NCBI GenBank assembly: GCA_037189525.1
Contig: JBBCJC010000003.1
Span: 96,001 to 160,000 of the forward strand
Direction: 5' to 3'
DNA: 64,000 nt
DNA from: Gemmatimonadales bacterium
GTDB lineage: Bacteria > Gemmatimonadota > Gemmatimonadetes > Gemmatimonadales > GWC2-71-9
Shown piece by piece: positions 32,940-42,033 of the stretch (positions are counted from its first letter, which is position 1; each line of letters opens with the position of its first letter). The translations under genes were made by a program, and so were the position numbers. The notes beneath the pieces are model-generated. The model was given only the letters and a program-made list of their open reading frames with translations. It did not search any database and had not been told where the DNA came from.

Positions 32940-33059
32940 GTGTCTAAGCTTACGTATGTCAAGCCGTCGGTGACCAAGATGGGCTCCGTGGCCGAAAAGA
33001 CCGAGGGCGGTTTCAGGGCAGAGATCTTCGAGATCTTCACGATGCGTGGGGCGCTCTGA
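32940..33059 (+). CDS. Lasso peptide precursor A: MSKLTYVKPSVTKMGSVAEKTE-GGFRAEIFEIFTMRGAL
   Basis: Manual translation; AGGAG RBS within cyclase 3' end, GTG start; leader YxxPxVxxxGxxxxxT with Thr at -2; core starts with Gly and has Glu9. Confidence 0.9.
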   Translation: MSKLTYVKPSVTKMGSVAEKTEGGFRAEIFEIFTMRGAL

Positions 33060-33091
33060 TTCTGGCTGGCTGGGAATCGATGTGAGTAAGA

Positions 33092-33121
33092 GAGCGTTCA
33101 CCACGATTGTGGTGGACGCTC
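33092..33121 (+). other. Stem-loop downstream of the precursor gene
   Basis: GAGCGTTCACCAC-GATT-GTGGTGGACGCTC, no strong U-tract. Confidence 0.6.
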
Positions 33122-33201
33122 GACCCCTTTCCACTTGCCCTCCCGTTCCAAACTGCGCCCGATCCGATAGATTGATAGGGTGACCCAAATACAATATTGC
33201 G

Positions 33202-35760
33202 ATGACCCGCGTTCGCGACGCTCTAGAGCAAGGCACTAGGGCGCTCCGTACTTGGATGTCTAACGGCGGCATTGTCGCTGCCGTTGCCATCCTTGGCGGG
33301 TTGGCCTTTCAAGCCGTCGCTTGGGCGGCGCCTGGCGTGATTACGGCGCGTGCTTACCGCCTTAACATGCTCCTGTCGAATCTCCTGTTCGCGGCATTCT
33401 GGCTTCGAGCCATTCGGAGTCTGCCGCTTGGCGGACGTATTCGGCCGGCCGCGTTCGTAGTTTTTGCAGCCGTTGTTGTAGGCTTGGCCGGGAGTGTGCT
33501 TAGCTCATTCAGCGGCCTTCGAGGCGAGCTGATGCTCGTTGTCGGCGTACTTTATTGGGTCGCCGGGCCCCTCCTCGTCTGCGCGCTGTTGATTTGGCCA
33601 CGTGTATTGAATCGCCACATTCGCCACCAGTACTTGGTCATTGACGTCGGCATCATTGCAATTGCCGTAGTCCTGTTCATCTGGTATGTCCGAGTCGGTC
33701 CAGCGGCGAGTGTTCGCGGTTCGATGTCGTTTGAGGACATGGGCGTCCTTGTGACATCGAGTTTGTTGCTGGCAGGAATAAGTCTCGCTGTTCTCCGACG
33801 GCCAACGCCGGAGTACTCAGTGCCCTTCATGCTCGTCGTGCTTTGGACGGCGGTCATGTTTACCGGCAACTTCGGGCTTTCGTTGTTTGCGGTGCCGGTT
33901 CACTCGATGCAGTATTGGGCAACCCTCTTTTCGATTGGAGGTTTTCTCCTTCCGATTCTTGCTGCAGAGTCACTCCGTATCCGCTACTATCGGGCTCCTG
34001 ATGCTAAGGCCGTCGAAGGTGCCAATCCTATTCCCTGGTTTGCCGTCCTTGCGATCGGTGGCTTCGTCCTCAAAATCGGCATCGAGCAGCTGTCCACTGG
34101 GGTAGGGCTCATCGTCATCGGGGCTGTGGTCACCATGCTCCTGCTCGTGATCCGGCAGGCCATGACGATGCGCCACAACGCCGAGCTCCAGGCCGAGCGG
34201 GCCAATCTCCTGGCGGACGCCAAGATCGCCGCCATGGTGCGCCACACCTCGGACGTCATCATGGTGGTCGACGAGCAGCTCATCGTCAGGTACGCATCAC
34301 CCTCGTCCGAAGCGCTTTGGGGGCGGGCCGCCAGCGTTCTGGTGGGACAGGAGCTGACCACGCTGGTCGAGGCTTCGAGCCGGCGCGAGGTCACCCGTCT
34401 CCTGTCCGAGCGGCTGGCCCGTCCCGGCCAGACCGATCTGGCGCGGGTCCGCGTTCCCGGACCCGACGGCAGTTCGCGCCGGATCGAAGCGGTGGCGGTC
34501 AGTCTGTTGCACGAGCCGTCCGTGCACGGAATCGTGATCACGATGCGCGACCAGACCGAGCGGATCCAGCTCGAGGAACAGTTGGCGCAGGCTCAGAAAA
34601 TGGAGGCCGTCGGGCAACTGGCCGGCGGGGTCGCCCACGATTTCAACAATCTGCTGACCACCATTCTCGGCCATACCGAGGTCGGGCTCGATCTGCTGAC
34701 GGACGACCACCCGGTGCGTGAAGATCTCACCCAGATTCGCCGCGCCAGCGAACTCGCGGCCTCGCTGACCCGGCAGCTCCTGGCATTCAGCCGGAAACAG
34801 GTCGTCGAGCCGAGACTGGTCGACGTGGGCATCTCGCTGGATCAGGTGGTCCGCTTGCTGCGCCGCCTGATCAAGGAACATGTCGAGATCAAGCTGGAGG
34901 TGTCGCGCGATCTGGGGCAGGTGCGGGTCGATCCGTCGCAGCTGGAACAGGTCGTCCTCAACCTGGCCGTCAACGCTCGCGACGCGATGCCCGATGGCGG
35001 CCTGCTGACCATTCAGGCGCGTACGGTGATCGTGCCGGGTCCGCTCGCCGATGCGGTGATTCCGCCGCCGCAGGGCCGGTGTATCGTGGTCGAAGTCGTC
35101 GATACCGGAATGGGGATGGACCCTGCAACCCAGGCGCGCATCTTCGAGCCGTTCTTCACCACCAAACCGATCGGCCGGGGAACCGGGCTGGGTCTGGCCA
35201 GCGTCTATGGAATCGTGAAGCAGAGCGGCGCCGGCCTGGTGGTGCGGAGCGCGCCCGGGAAGGGCAGTACCTTCTCGGTCTACTTTGCCTGGGTCGCTCC
35301 GGAACCCGAACCGGCGACGCCAGCGGCGGTTGCCCCGAGCCGCGAGGGCGCCGCCCTGCCGCGATTTGCCGCGACGATCCTACTGGTCGAGGACGAGACC
35401 GCACTCAGGGAAATTGCGCACAAGGTGCTGGCGCGCGAGGGCTATCGCGTGCTGGTGGCCGCCGACGCCGAGGAAGGGATCACTCTGGCCGAGACCGCGC
35501 CGTTCCCGATCGACATGCTGCTGACCGATGTCGTGATGCCGGGGATGAACGGGGTCGAGCTGGCCCGGCGCCTCCGCAGCAAACGTCCCAACCTTCGCGT
35601 GTTGCTGATGTCCGGGTACCCGGGCGATGACCTGGCCGGCGAGCTCCGCGACCATCAGCGCTTCCTCCGCAAGCCGTTCACGCCGTTCGTTCTGCTGGAG
35701 CATGTCCGGGCCGCGCTGGCCGGTCTCTCGGATCCGACGGCGGTCGAACCGGACCGATAG
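33202..35760 (+). CDS. Membrane hybrid sensor histidine kinase (multi-TM input, PAS, HisKA, HATPase, REC)
   Basis: About 9 hydrophobic segments, then QAQKMEAVGQLAGGVAHDFNNLL, NLAVNARDAM, FFTTK..GRGTGLGL, LLTDVVMPGMNG. Confidence 0.92.
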   Translation: MTRVRDALEQGTRALRTWMSNGGIVAAVAILGGLAFQAVAWAAPGVITARAYRLNMLLSNLLFAAFWLRAIRSLPLGGRIRPAAFVVFAAVVVGLAGSVLSSFSGLRGELMLVVGVLYWVAGPLLVCALLIWPRVLNRHIRHQYLVIDVGIIAIAVVLFIWYVRVGPAASVRGSMSFEDMGVLVTSSLLLAGISLAVLRRPTPEYSVPFMLVVLWTAVMFTGNFGLSLFAVPVHSMQYWATLFSIGGFLLPILAAESLRIRYYRAPDAKAVEGANPIPWFAVLAIGGFVLKIGIEQLSTGVGLIVIGAVVTMLLLVIRQAMTMRHNAELQAERANLLADAKIAAMVRHTSDVIMVVDEQLIVRYASPSSEALWGRAASVLVGQELTTLVEASSRREVTRLLSERLARPGQTDLARVRVPGPDGSSRRIEAVAVSLLHEPSVHGIVITMRDQTERIQLEEQLAQAQKMEAVGQLAGGVAHDFNNLLTTILGHTEVGLDLLTDDHPVREDLTQIRRASELAASLTRQLLAFSRKQVVEPRLVDVGISLDQVVRLLRRLIKEHVEIKLEVSRDLGQVRVDPSQLEQVVLNLAVNARDAMPDGGLLTIQARTVIVPGPLADAVIPPPQGRCIVVEVVDTGMGMDPATQARIFEPFFTTKPIGRGTGLGLASVYGIVKQSGAGLVVRSAPGKGSTFSVYFAWVAPEPEPATPAAVAPSREGAALPRFAATILLVEDETALREIAHKVLAREGYRVLVAADAEEGITLAETAPFPIDMLLTDVVMPGMNGVELARRLRSKRPNLRVLLMSGYPGDDLAGELRDHQRFLRKPFTPFVLLEHVRAALAGLSDPTAVEPDR

Positions 35761-35822
35761 TCGCAACCCGTTCGCCTCTCACGACGCGCACCAGACCATC
35801 CACCGATATCAGAATCGGCACC

Positions 35823-35865
35823 AAAAAGAGACACCGCCACCCGGCCGAAGCCGAGCGGCGGTGTC
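35823..35865 (-). terminator. Rho-independent terminator for the minus-strand gene
   Basis: GACACCGCC...GGCGGTGTC stem followed on the minus strand by TCTTTTT. Confidence 0.7.
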
Positions 35866-35889
35866 CGTACCGAGCGAGTAATGGAACGA

Positions 35890-36366
35890 TTACTCGCCGG
35901 TACCGCCTGCGCTCGCACGCAGGTCGCCGCAGGCGATGGCGGGGGAGCTCGTCGCACCGCTATGCACACTCACCGCATACTCACTGCCTTCGTTGAGCGG
36001 GCCGGCAATCGTCGCGGTGGACGTGGCCGCGCCCTGTCCGTCGGTGCGCAGCGCCGAATAGGCCGACGCCGAGCCGACCGTCTGGCCGCCCGCGCCACAG
36101 CGCCCCTCATGGACCTGCCAAGCCAGCGTCGCGTCGGCCGGGCCGCCGGTGACGGAGATGGTCGCCGTGTAGCTCTGCGACGCCGACGGAGTGGCCGTCG
36201 TGTCGGCCGGCATGCTCGGCCCGGCGGCGCTCTGGACCGTGGCTCGGCCCGCGATCGACGAGCCGTCGACGGCAGCGAGGGTGGCGCTCCATGATGCGGC
36301 ACCGAACGAAGCCGCGGCGAGCAATCCGGCGGCGCTGAAGACGGCAGTGACGTTACGAATACGCAT
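35890..36366 (-). CDS. Secreted protein, CHRD/Cu-Zn SOD-like fold (tentative)
   Basis: GGAGG RBS, signal peptide, WQVHEGRC, VSVH, IACGDL. Confidence 0.65.
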   Translation of the reverse strand: MRIRNVTAVFSAAGLLAAASFGAASWSATLAAVDGSSIAGRATVQSAAGPSMPADTTATPSASQSYTATISVTGGPADATLAWQVHEGRCGAGGQTVGSASAYSALRTDGQGAATSTATIAGPLNEGSEYAVSVHSGATSSPAIACGDLRASAGGTGE

Positions 36367-36767
36367 GTGATCCTCCTTGGTATTGGCGAACTTCACAACA
36401 CTATTCCCACTCGATCGAACCCAAGTTCCGAAAACAGAAAAGGCGCGACCCGGGCCCCGAAGAGCCCGATTTCGCGCCTACCATCGACGAATCCAGATGA
36501 TTCGCCAATGAGGCCAGCTCGACCTGATGCCGAGCCGCCGATTGTCCTGCCACTCACACACTACGCAGTCGCGCCCGATGCGTCAATAGCCAAAATTCGG
36601 TCGCACCGGGTTCGCGCCCATCGGTGCAAGATTTCCGGTCGCGAACCGTCGCCTCTTCGTCCACGGTGTGCGCGGCGTCCACCTGCGCAGCTCACGGCGG
36701 GAGGGGTGGGCCGGAATCGGTCACCGTGCATTGGCTACAATGGAGGCCGTCTCTGGCACAGGTTCGC

Positions 36768-39686
36768 GTGTCGCTGTCATCACGATACGATCCCCGTCGC
36801 GTTGCCGGCGTGGCGGGGCGGGTCGTCAGTGCGCTGGGCCTGCTGGGTCTGGCGGGATGGCTGATCGACTCGCCGGCGCTCGTGCGTCTTCTGGACGGTT
36901 ATCCGCCGCTGGTGCCGAACGCCGGTATCGCGCTGGTGGGGGCCGGCCTCGGTCTGACCGGCCTCGAGCGGGATCGGGGCGAGGTGGCGAGGCTCGGCGC
37001 CAGCATCGCGCTCCTGATCGGGATGCTGACCTTTGCGCAGCATGTATCGTCGCTCGATCTCCGGATCGACGGGATCTTTCTGCCCCGCGACGGCGGAGAG
37101 CTCGTCACCGGTCGCGATCCGGGGCGGATGGCTGCTGTCTCCGCGCTGTCGCTGACGTTGGCCGGCATCGGGCTCCTGGCGCTGCTGGCCGAAGCGCGCA
37201 GCAGCACACTGGCGATCCTGGCGGGCGTGGCCGGGGCTACCGTCGGAACGTTAGGCGGCACGGTGGTGGTCGGCTACGCTACGGGCGCCCTCACCGATCT
37301 TCGGCATGGCATCGTGGCCGGCATGTCGGCCTACGAATCGGTTGCGTTCCTGCTGCTCGGCTTGGGGATGGTCGGATATGCCTGGGAGCACGATCGCCCG
37401 GTTCGCTCGCTGCCGTCGTGGCTGGCGCCGGCCGTCGGGGTTGGCGGACTGACGACGGCTCTACTGGTCTGGAAGGCGCTAACCAGTCTCGAGGGCGATC
37501 GGCTCGATGACCGGCTCGGGGTCGAAGCGTCGGTGGTGCGGCAGCGGGTGGCCGTCGAGATCGACGGGCTGGTCAAGGATCTGGACCGGTTGGCGCGGCG
37601 CGCCATCCGCCTGCCGGCGTTCTGGGAAGTCGATGCGCAGGCAGCGCTGCGGGAGGGCAGTGTCTACGCGGCTGTCGGGTGGGTGGGTGCCGACGGCACC
37701 GTGCGGCGGGCGGCTCCGACGACGGCGGCGCCGATGATTGCGGAGATCGTGAAACAGGGCGTGACGCCGGTGGCCGATACTGTGCGCTTGCTGCGCTATC
37801 CGGCGCAGACGGTGTCGGCCGGGTTGCTGCAGGACGGCCGGTTCCTGGCGCTCCGGGTCGCTTCGTGCGACGAGGACAGGTGCGCAGGCGACATGGTCGG
37901 TTTTTTCGACCTGGCCGCGGTGCTCAGGTCCGGTCTCTCGGCGCCGCGCCGCGAAATCTGCCTCTCGATTACGACCGGTGGCCTCGAGCTGCTGGCTGAC
38001 GACCGGCCCGAATGTGTGTTCAGTCGGGGCGCATCGGCGTATCTGGCTGTCGGCTCGATGTCGTGGACGATCACGGCCGCGCCGACCACGGCGATGATGG
38101 CGTCGGCCGGATCGGCGTTGTCGGCGGTGGTGCTGAGTCTGGGCGTCGTGGTGAGCGCGTTGCTGACGGTGAGTCTGCGGCTGGCGCAGCGATCATGGGG
38201 ATTGGCGCGCGAGGTGGAGCGGCGGCAGGTCACCCGCGCGCTGGAGACCGCGACGGACGGGCTCTGGGAGTGGGACCTGCCGGACGGCCCGATGGCGCGC
38301 CGGGCGATGTGGCGCGGACTGGGTTATGCCTTTTCGGAAACGGACCGCGCGGGATGGGAGGCGCTGATCCATCCGGACGATATCGACGGCGTTCGACGCG
38401 GCGTCGACGAGTATCTGCGCGGCGCGGCGGAAACGCTGAGCCTCGAGTATCGGATTCGCGACGCGCGGGGCCAGTGGCACTGGATCATCGATCGGGCCCG
38501 GGTCACCGAGCGTACCGGGTGGGGCGCCCCGCGACGCATGCTCGGCATCCATGGTGACGTTACGGAGCGGCGTCGCGCGGCGGATCAGGTCCGGACCAGC
38601 GAGGAGCGGTTTCGCGCCATCTTCGACAGCGCCTTCCAGTTTCAAGCCCTGCTCGATCTCGAGGGGCGCCTGCTGCTCGCCAACCGGACCGCACTCGAGT
38701 TTGCCGGTGTGCCGCTCGACGCGGTGCGCGGCAGCCGGCTCTGGGAAACTGCCTGGTGGTCGGAGGCGGATGAGGAGGGGCGGGCCCGGCTGATCGATGC
38801 GTGCCGTCGCGCGGCCGATGGAAAGACGATCCAATATCAGGACGAAGTCACCGGCTCGGGAGGCCGCCGCGCGACGATCGAGTTTTCGGTCAAACCGATT
38901 CGTACACCCGACGGATCGGTGGGACAGCTGCTGGCCGAGGGTCGGGATGTTACCGAGCGAAAGCGGGCGGAGGATGCGCTCAAGGAGCTCGATACGTTGA
39001 GTACGATGGGGCGACTCGCGGCCCGGGTTGCGCACGAGATCAATAATCCGTTGGCCGGGATCCAGAACTCGTTCATGCTGATCAAAGACGCGGTCTCACC
39101 CGATCACCCCTACCATCGGTACGTCGGGGCCATCGGTCGCGAGATCGATCGGATCGCGAGCGTGACGCGTGAACTGTACGGTCTCTACCGCGCCGAGCAT
39201 GCGAACAAAGAGCGCACCTCGGTGGCAACCGCCATCACCGATGCGGTCGAACTGCTCAAACAGGTCAATCGGGCCGCGGACGTCGAAATCAGAGCGGACA
39301 TCGCGGGCGCGCCGGCGATCATGCCGTTTCCCGATGCGCTGATTCGGCAAGTGGTCTTCAACCTGGTCCAGAACGCCGTGGAGGCCTCGCCTCCGCGCGG
39401 CATCGTTTTCGTGACGGCGGATGTCGTCGACGAGGGCGGGAAGCGATGCTTCCGGCTGGCCGTCCGGGATCAGGGCGACGGAGTGCCGGATACGCTCAAA
39501 GAGCAGATCTTTCAGGATTTCTACAGCACCAAGAGCGGACTCAGAACCGGCGGGATGGGGCTCGGGCTCTCGATCGTCCGGAGCTCGGTGCGCGCGTTAG
39601 GCGGCGAAATCGACATTCGTGAACCCGATGGAGGCGGCGCCGAGTTCGTGGTGCGCCTTCCGATCAATGAGGAGGTGTCCGTATGA
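36768..39686 (+). CDS. Membrane PAS-domain sensor histidine kinase
   Basis: TM helices, two PAS/PAC domains (IHPDD, WETAWW), AHEINNPL, NLVQNA, GMGLGL; start uncertain. Confidence 0.9.
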   Translation: MSLSSRYDPRRVAGVAGRVVSALGLLGLAGWLIDSPALVRLLDGYPPLVPNAGIALVGAGLGLTGLERDRGEVARLGASIALLIGMLTFAQHVSSLDLRIDGIFLPRDGGELVTGRDPGRMAAVSALSLTLAGIGLLALLAEARSSTLAILAGVAGATVGTLGGTVVVGYATGALTDLRHGIVAGMSAYESVAFLLLGLGMVGYAWEHDRPVRSLPSWLAPAVGVGGLTTALLVWKALTSLEGDRLDDRLGVEASVVRQRVAVEIDGLVKDLDRLARRAIRLPAFWEVDAQAALREGSVYAAVGWVGADGTVRRAAPTTAAPMIAEIVKQGVTPVADTVRLLRYPAQTVSAGLLQDGRFLALRVASCDEDRCAGDMVGFFDLAAVLRSGLSAPRREICLSITTGGLELLADDRPECVFSRGASAYLAVGSMSWTITAAPTTAMMASAGSALSAVVLSLGVVVSALLTVSLRLAQRSWGLAREVERRQVTRALETATDGLWEWDLPDGPMARRAMWRGLGYAFSETDRAGWEALIHPDDIDGVRRGVDEYLRGAAETLSLEYRIRDARGQWHWIIDRARVTERTGWGAPRRMLGIHGDVTERRRAADQVRTSEERFRAIFDSAFQFQALLDLEGRLLLANRTALEFAGVPLDAVRGSRLWETAWWSEADEEGRARLIDACRRAADGKTIQYQDEVTGSGGRRATIEFSVKPIRTPDGSVGQLLAEGRDVTERKRAEDALKELDTLSTMGRLAARVAHEINNPLAGIQNSFMLIKDAVSPDHPYHRYVGAIGREIDRIASVTRELYGLYRAEHANKERTSVATAITDAVELLKQVNRAADVEIRADIAGAPAIMPFPDALIRQVVFNLVQNAVEASPPRGIVFVTADVVDEGGKRCFRLAVRDQGDGVPDTLKEQIFQDFYSTKSGLRTGGMGLGLSIVRSSVRALGGEIDIREPDGGGAEFVVRLPINEEVSV

Positions 39687-40408
39687 GCGAGCGAGGCCAG
39701 ATTCTTCTCGCGGACGACGAGGAAGTGTTCGGCGCATCGACCGCGGATCTGTTGCGGCGGCAGGGCTACGGATGCGATGTCGTTCCGGATGGGGGTACCG
39801 CCCTGGCTGCCGTGGGGCAGGGGCAGTACGACTTGCTGATCAGCGATCTCGAAATGCCCGGGAACGAGGACCTGACCCTGGTACGGCAGGTGTCCGAACG
39901 GGTGGGCGGGTTGCCCGTCATCATCCTGACCGGGTTTCCCTCCACCCGGTCGGCGATTGCCTGTATCGAACTCCCGGTCGTGGCCTATCTCGTCAAACCG
40001 GTTGCGTTCGATCAATTGCTGAGCAAGGTCGAGGCGGCGGTGGCTCGCTTTCGGTCGTACACCGCGATGCGACGGACCGAAGAGCGGCTACGAGAGTGGA
40101 ATCGCGAAGTCGCGACCGTGGCGGCGCCGGGGGCGGGCGGGGGCCCGGAATCGATCGACGCTTTTTTGACGCTCACGCTGCGCAACGTCATGGGATCATT
40201 GACGGACCTTGGGGAAATGAGTCGCGCGCTGGCGCAAAAACAGCAGGGGCCGCATGCCTGCCAGCTGGTCAACTGTCCGAGGGGGTTGCAACTCCAGGAG
40301 GCGGTACGCGAAACGGTCCAAGTGCTGGAGGAAACCAAAGGCGCTTTTCGCTCCAAGACACTGGCCAACTTGCGACGACAGTTGGAGGTGCTGCTCGATA
40401 CCAACTGA
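39683..40408 (+). CDS. Response regulator with an unrecognised C-terminal output domain
   Basis: ILLADDE, DLLISDLEMPG, LTG, YLVKP; ATGA overlap with kinase. Confidence 0.88.
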   Translation: MSERGQILLADDEEVFGASTADLLRRQGYGCDVVPDGGTALAAVGQGQYDLLISDLEMPGNEDLTLVRQVSERVGGLPVIILTGFPSTRSAIACIELPVVAYLVKPVAFDQLLSKVEAAVARFRSYTAMRRTEERLREWNREVATVAAPGAGGGPESIDAFLTLTLRNVMGSLTDLGEMSRALAQKQQGPHACQLVNCPRGLQLQEAVRETVQVLEETKGAFRSKTLANLRRQLEVLLDTN

Positions 40409-40526
40409 GCCTCGGCTGGAGTAGCCATAGTGACGATTGGTACGGTGGAGTCGTGAGGTGTGCAAGGCCGGCTTGGGTCGGCCGTCCGACTCCACAACCG
40501 TTCGGAACTCCCAACCTGGAGGCACT

Positions 40527-41132
40527 ATGATTTCACGCTCGGCCATTCTTCTCGCTGCCGTGGCGGGTATTGGTCTCGCGGCGCAGGCTGACGCACAATC
40601 CCGACCGGAAGTCGGCCTCAAGGCCGGAATGACGTTCGGCGATATTTCCAACAAGGGTGTTCTGCCCGGCTCACTCGATACCAGAAATGGAGCAGCCGTC
40701 GGGTTCTACGTTGGCGCAAACACGGGCGTGATCGGTTTCGGAGCAGAGGCCCTGTATGCGCAGCGAGGAGCAAAGTCGTCCCAGGCGCTGGCGACCGCCA
40801 AGACGCGGCTCGATTATGTCGATATTCCGGTCTACCTCAAGGTGAACTTGCCGACACCCGGGGTGCGGCCCTATCTGTTTGCCGGCCCGCAGTTCTCCTT
40901 CGAGGTCAAGTGTCAGCGGGGCAATGGCACCGAGTGCGGCTCCCGTGAGGGTGACAGCAAGACGGACTATGCCGGTGTCATCGGCGGCGGTGTTCGTCTG
41001 GGCGGTTCGTTGGGTTTGACGCTCGAAGGTCGCTACGTCTACGGCCTCAAAGATCTCAAGCTGACGACGCTGACCGACGAGCAGAGCTTCAAGAACCGGA
41101 CCTTCATGGTCCTGCTTGGTGTCGGGTTGTAG
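40527..41132 (+). CDS. Outer membrane beta-barrel (porin/PorT-like) protein
   Basis: GGAGG RBS, signal peptide, GLKAG, LDYVDIPV, AGPQ, EGRYVYGL. Confidence 0.8.
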   Translation: MISRSAILLAAVAGIGLAAQADAQSRPEVGLKAGMTFGDISNKGVLPGSLDTRNGAAVGFYVGANTGVIGFGAEALYAQRGAKSSQALATAKTRLDYVDIPVYLKVNLPTPGVRPYLFAGPQFSFEVKCQRGNGTECGSREGDSKTDYAGVIGGGVRLGGSLGLTLEGRYVYGLKDLKLTTLTDEQSFKNRTFMVLLGVGL

Positions 41133-41152
41133 TCGGAGGCAATACCTGAACG

Positions 41153-41188
41153 ACGAAGGCCCGCAGGGAGATCCCTGCGGGCCTTCGT
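41153..41188. terminator. Bidirectional terminator hairpin between convergent genes
   Basis: ACGAAGGCCCGCAGGGA / TCCCTGCGGGCCTTCGT perfect inverted repeat. Confidence 0.8.
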
Positions 41189-41213
41189 GCTGTTTGGGTG
41201 TGAGTGCCCGATC

Positions 41214-41990
41214 TCACGGCGGAGTCGGATCGGGCGGAACGGCTGCCGACATCGTGCTCAACTCGTCGACCACCTGAATGGCTTCGATCCGATTGCTGGT
41301 GGGCGAAGGATGGGTCAGCACCACCGTCAGGCTCTGCCCGGGGTGCAGCTGAATGTTCGGCAGGCGGAGCAGCACCTGGCCGCCTTCTTCCCGCGTCACG
41401 ACGAGGGTTACTGAACCGGCGTCGACTTCTTTGAAGCCGGCCGCTTCCTTGAAGGAGATATCGTCGAACAACGGATTGGCCTGGGCCGTGACATTCACGT
41501 CACTGGCTCGCGGCGCGGCGTTGATGACGCGGATCCGCGCTTTGTTGGGATCCGACGGCGTCAGGTCGTCGCGCACGGCTTCGAGTTCGACCGACCCGCC
41601 GTTTTCATCCGGAACGGCCACGACGGTGTAGTGCGCGCCGTCCATGACGAGATCGGTGCTTTCGGCAAGCGGTGCTGCCGTCGGTTCCTCGGTCGGCCGC
41701 ATCCGGATGTGCGGACGGTTGTCCGCAATGGCCTGATACGGAGTGACCGCTTTGAACGCTACGGCGTTGAACACGGCGCCTTCACCGGCCTGAACGTCGA
41801 CGGTTGGTGCGCCTGGAACGGCATGGATGACCCGAACCAAGGTACGGTCGTGCTGCGCCGCGATGTCGGCCGATGGTGTGACGACCGAGTCGCCATCCAT
41901 CTGGCTGATGACGGCTCGATCATCGCCTCGCATGCAGCCGGCGGCCAATGTGCCGACTGCAAACAGCGTGGCAGTTTTCGTCAATGACAT
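41214..41990 (-). CDS. DUF4397-like lipoprotein
   Basis: Lipobox LAAGC; repeated VRVIHAVPGAPTVDV / IRVINAAPRASDVNV. Confidence 0.75.
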   Translation of the reverse strand: MSLTKTATLFAVGTLAAGCMRGDDRAVISQMDGDSVVTPSADIAAQHDRTLVRVIHAVPGAPTVDVQAGEGAVFNAVAFKAVTPYQAIADNRPHIRMRPTEEPTAAPLAESTDLVMDGAHYTVVAVPDENGGSVELEAVRDDLTPSDPNKARIRVINAAPRASDVNVTAQANPLFDDISFKEAAGFKEVDAGSVTLVVTREEGGQVLLRLPNIQLHPGQSLTVVLTHPSPTSNRIEAIQVVDELSTMSAAVPPDPTPP

Positions 41991-42033
41991 GATGTCTCCT
42001 TCCGACATTGAGTGACGGGGTGCGTCGACGCGC

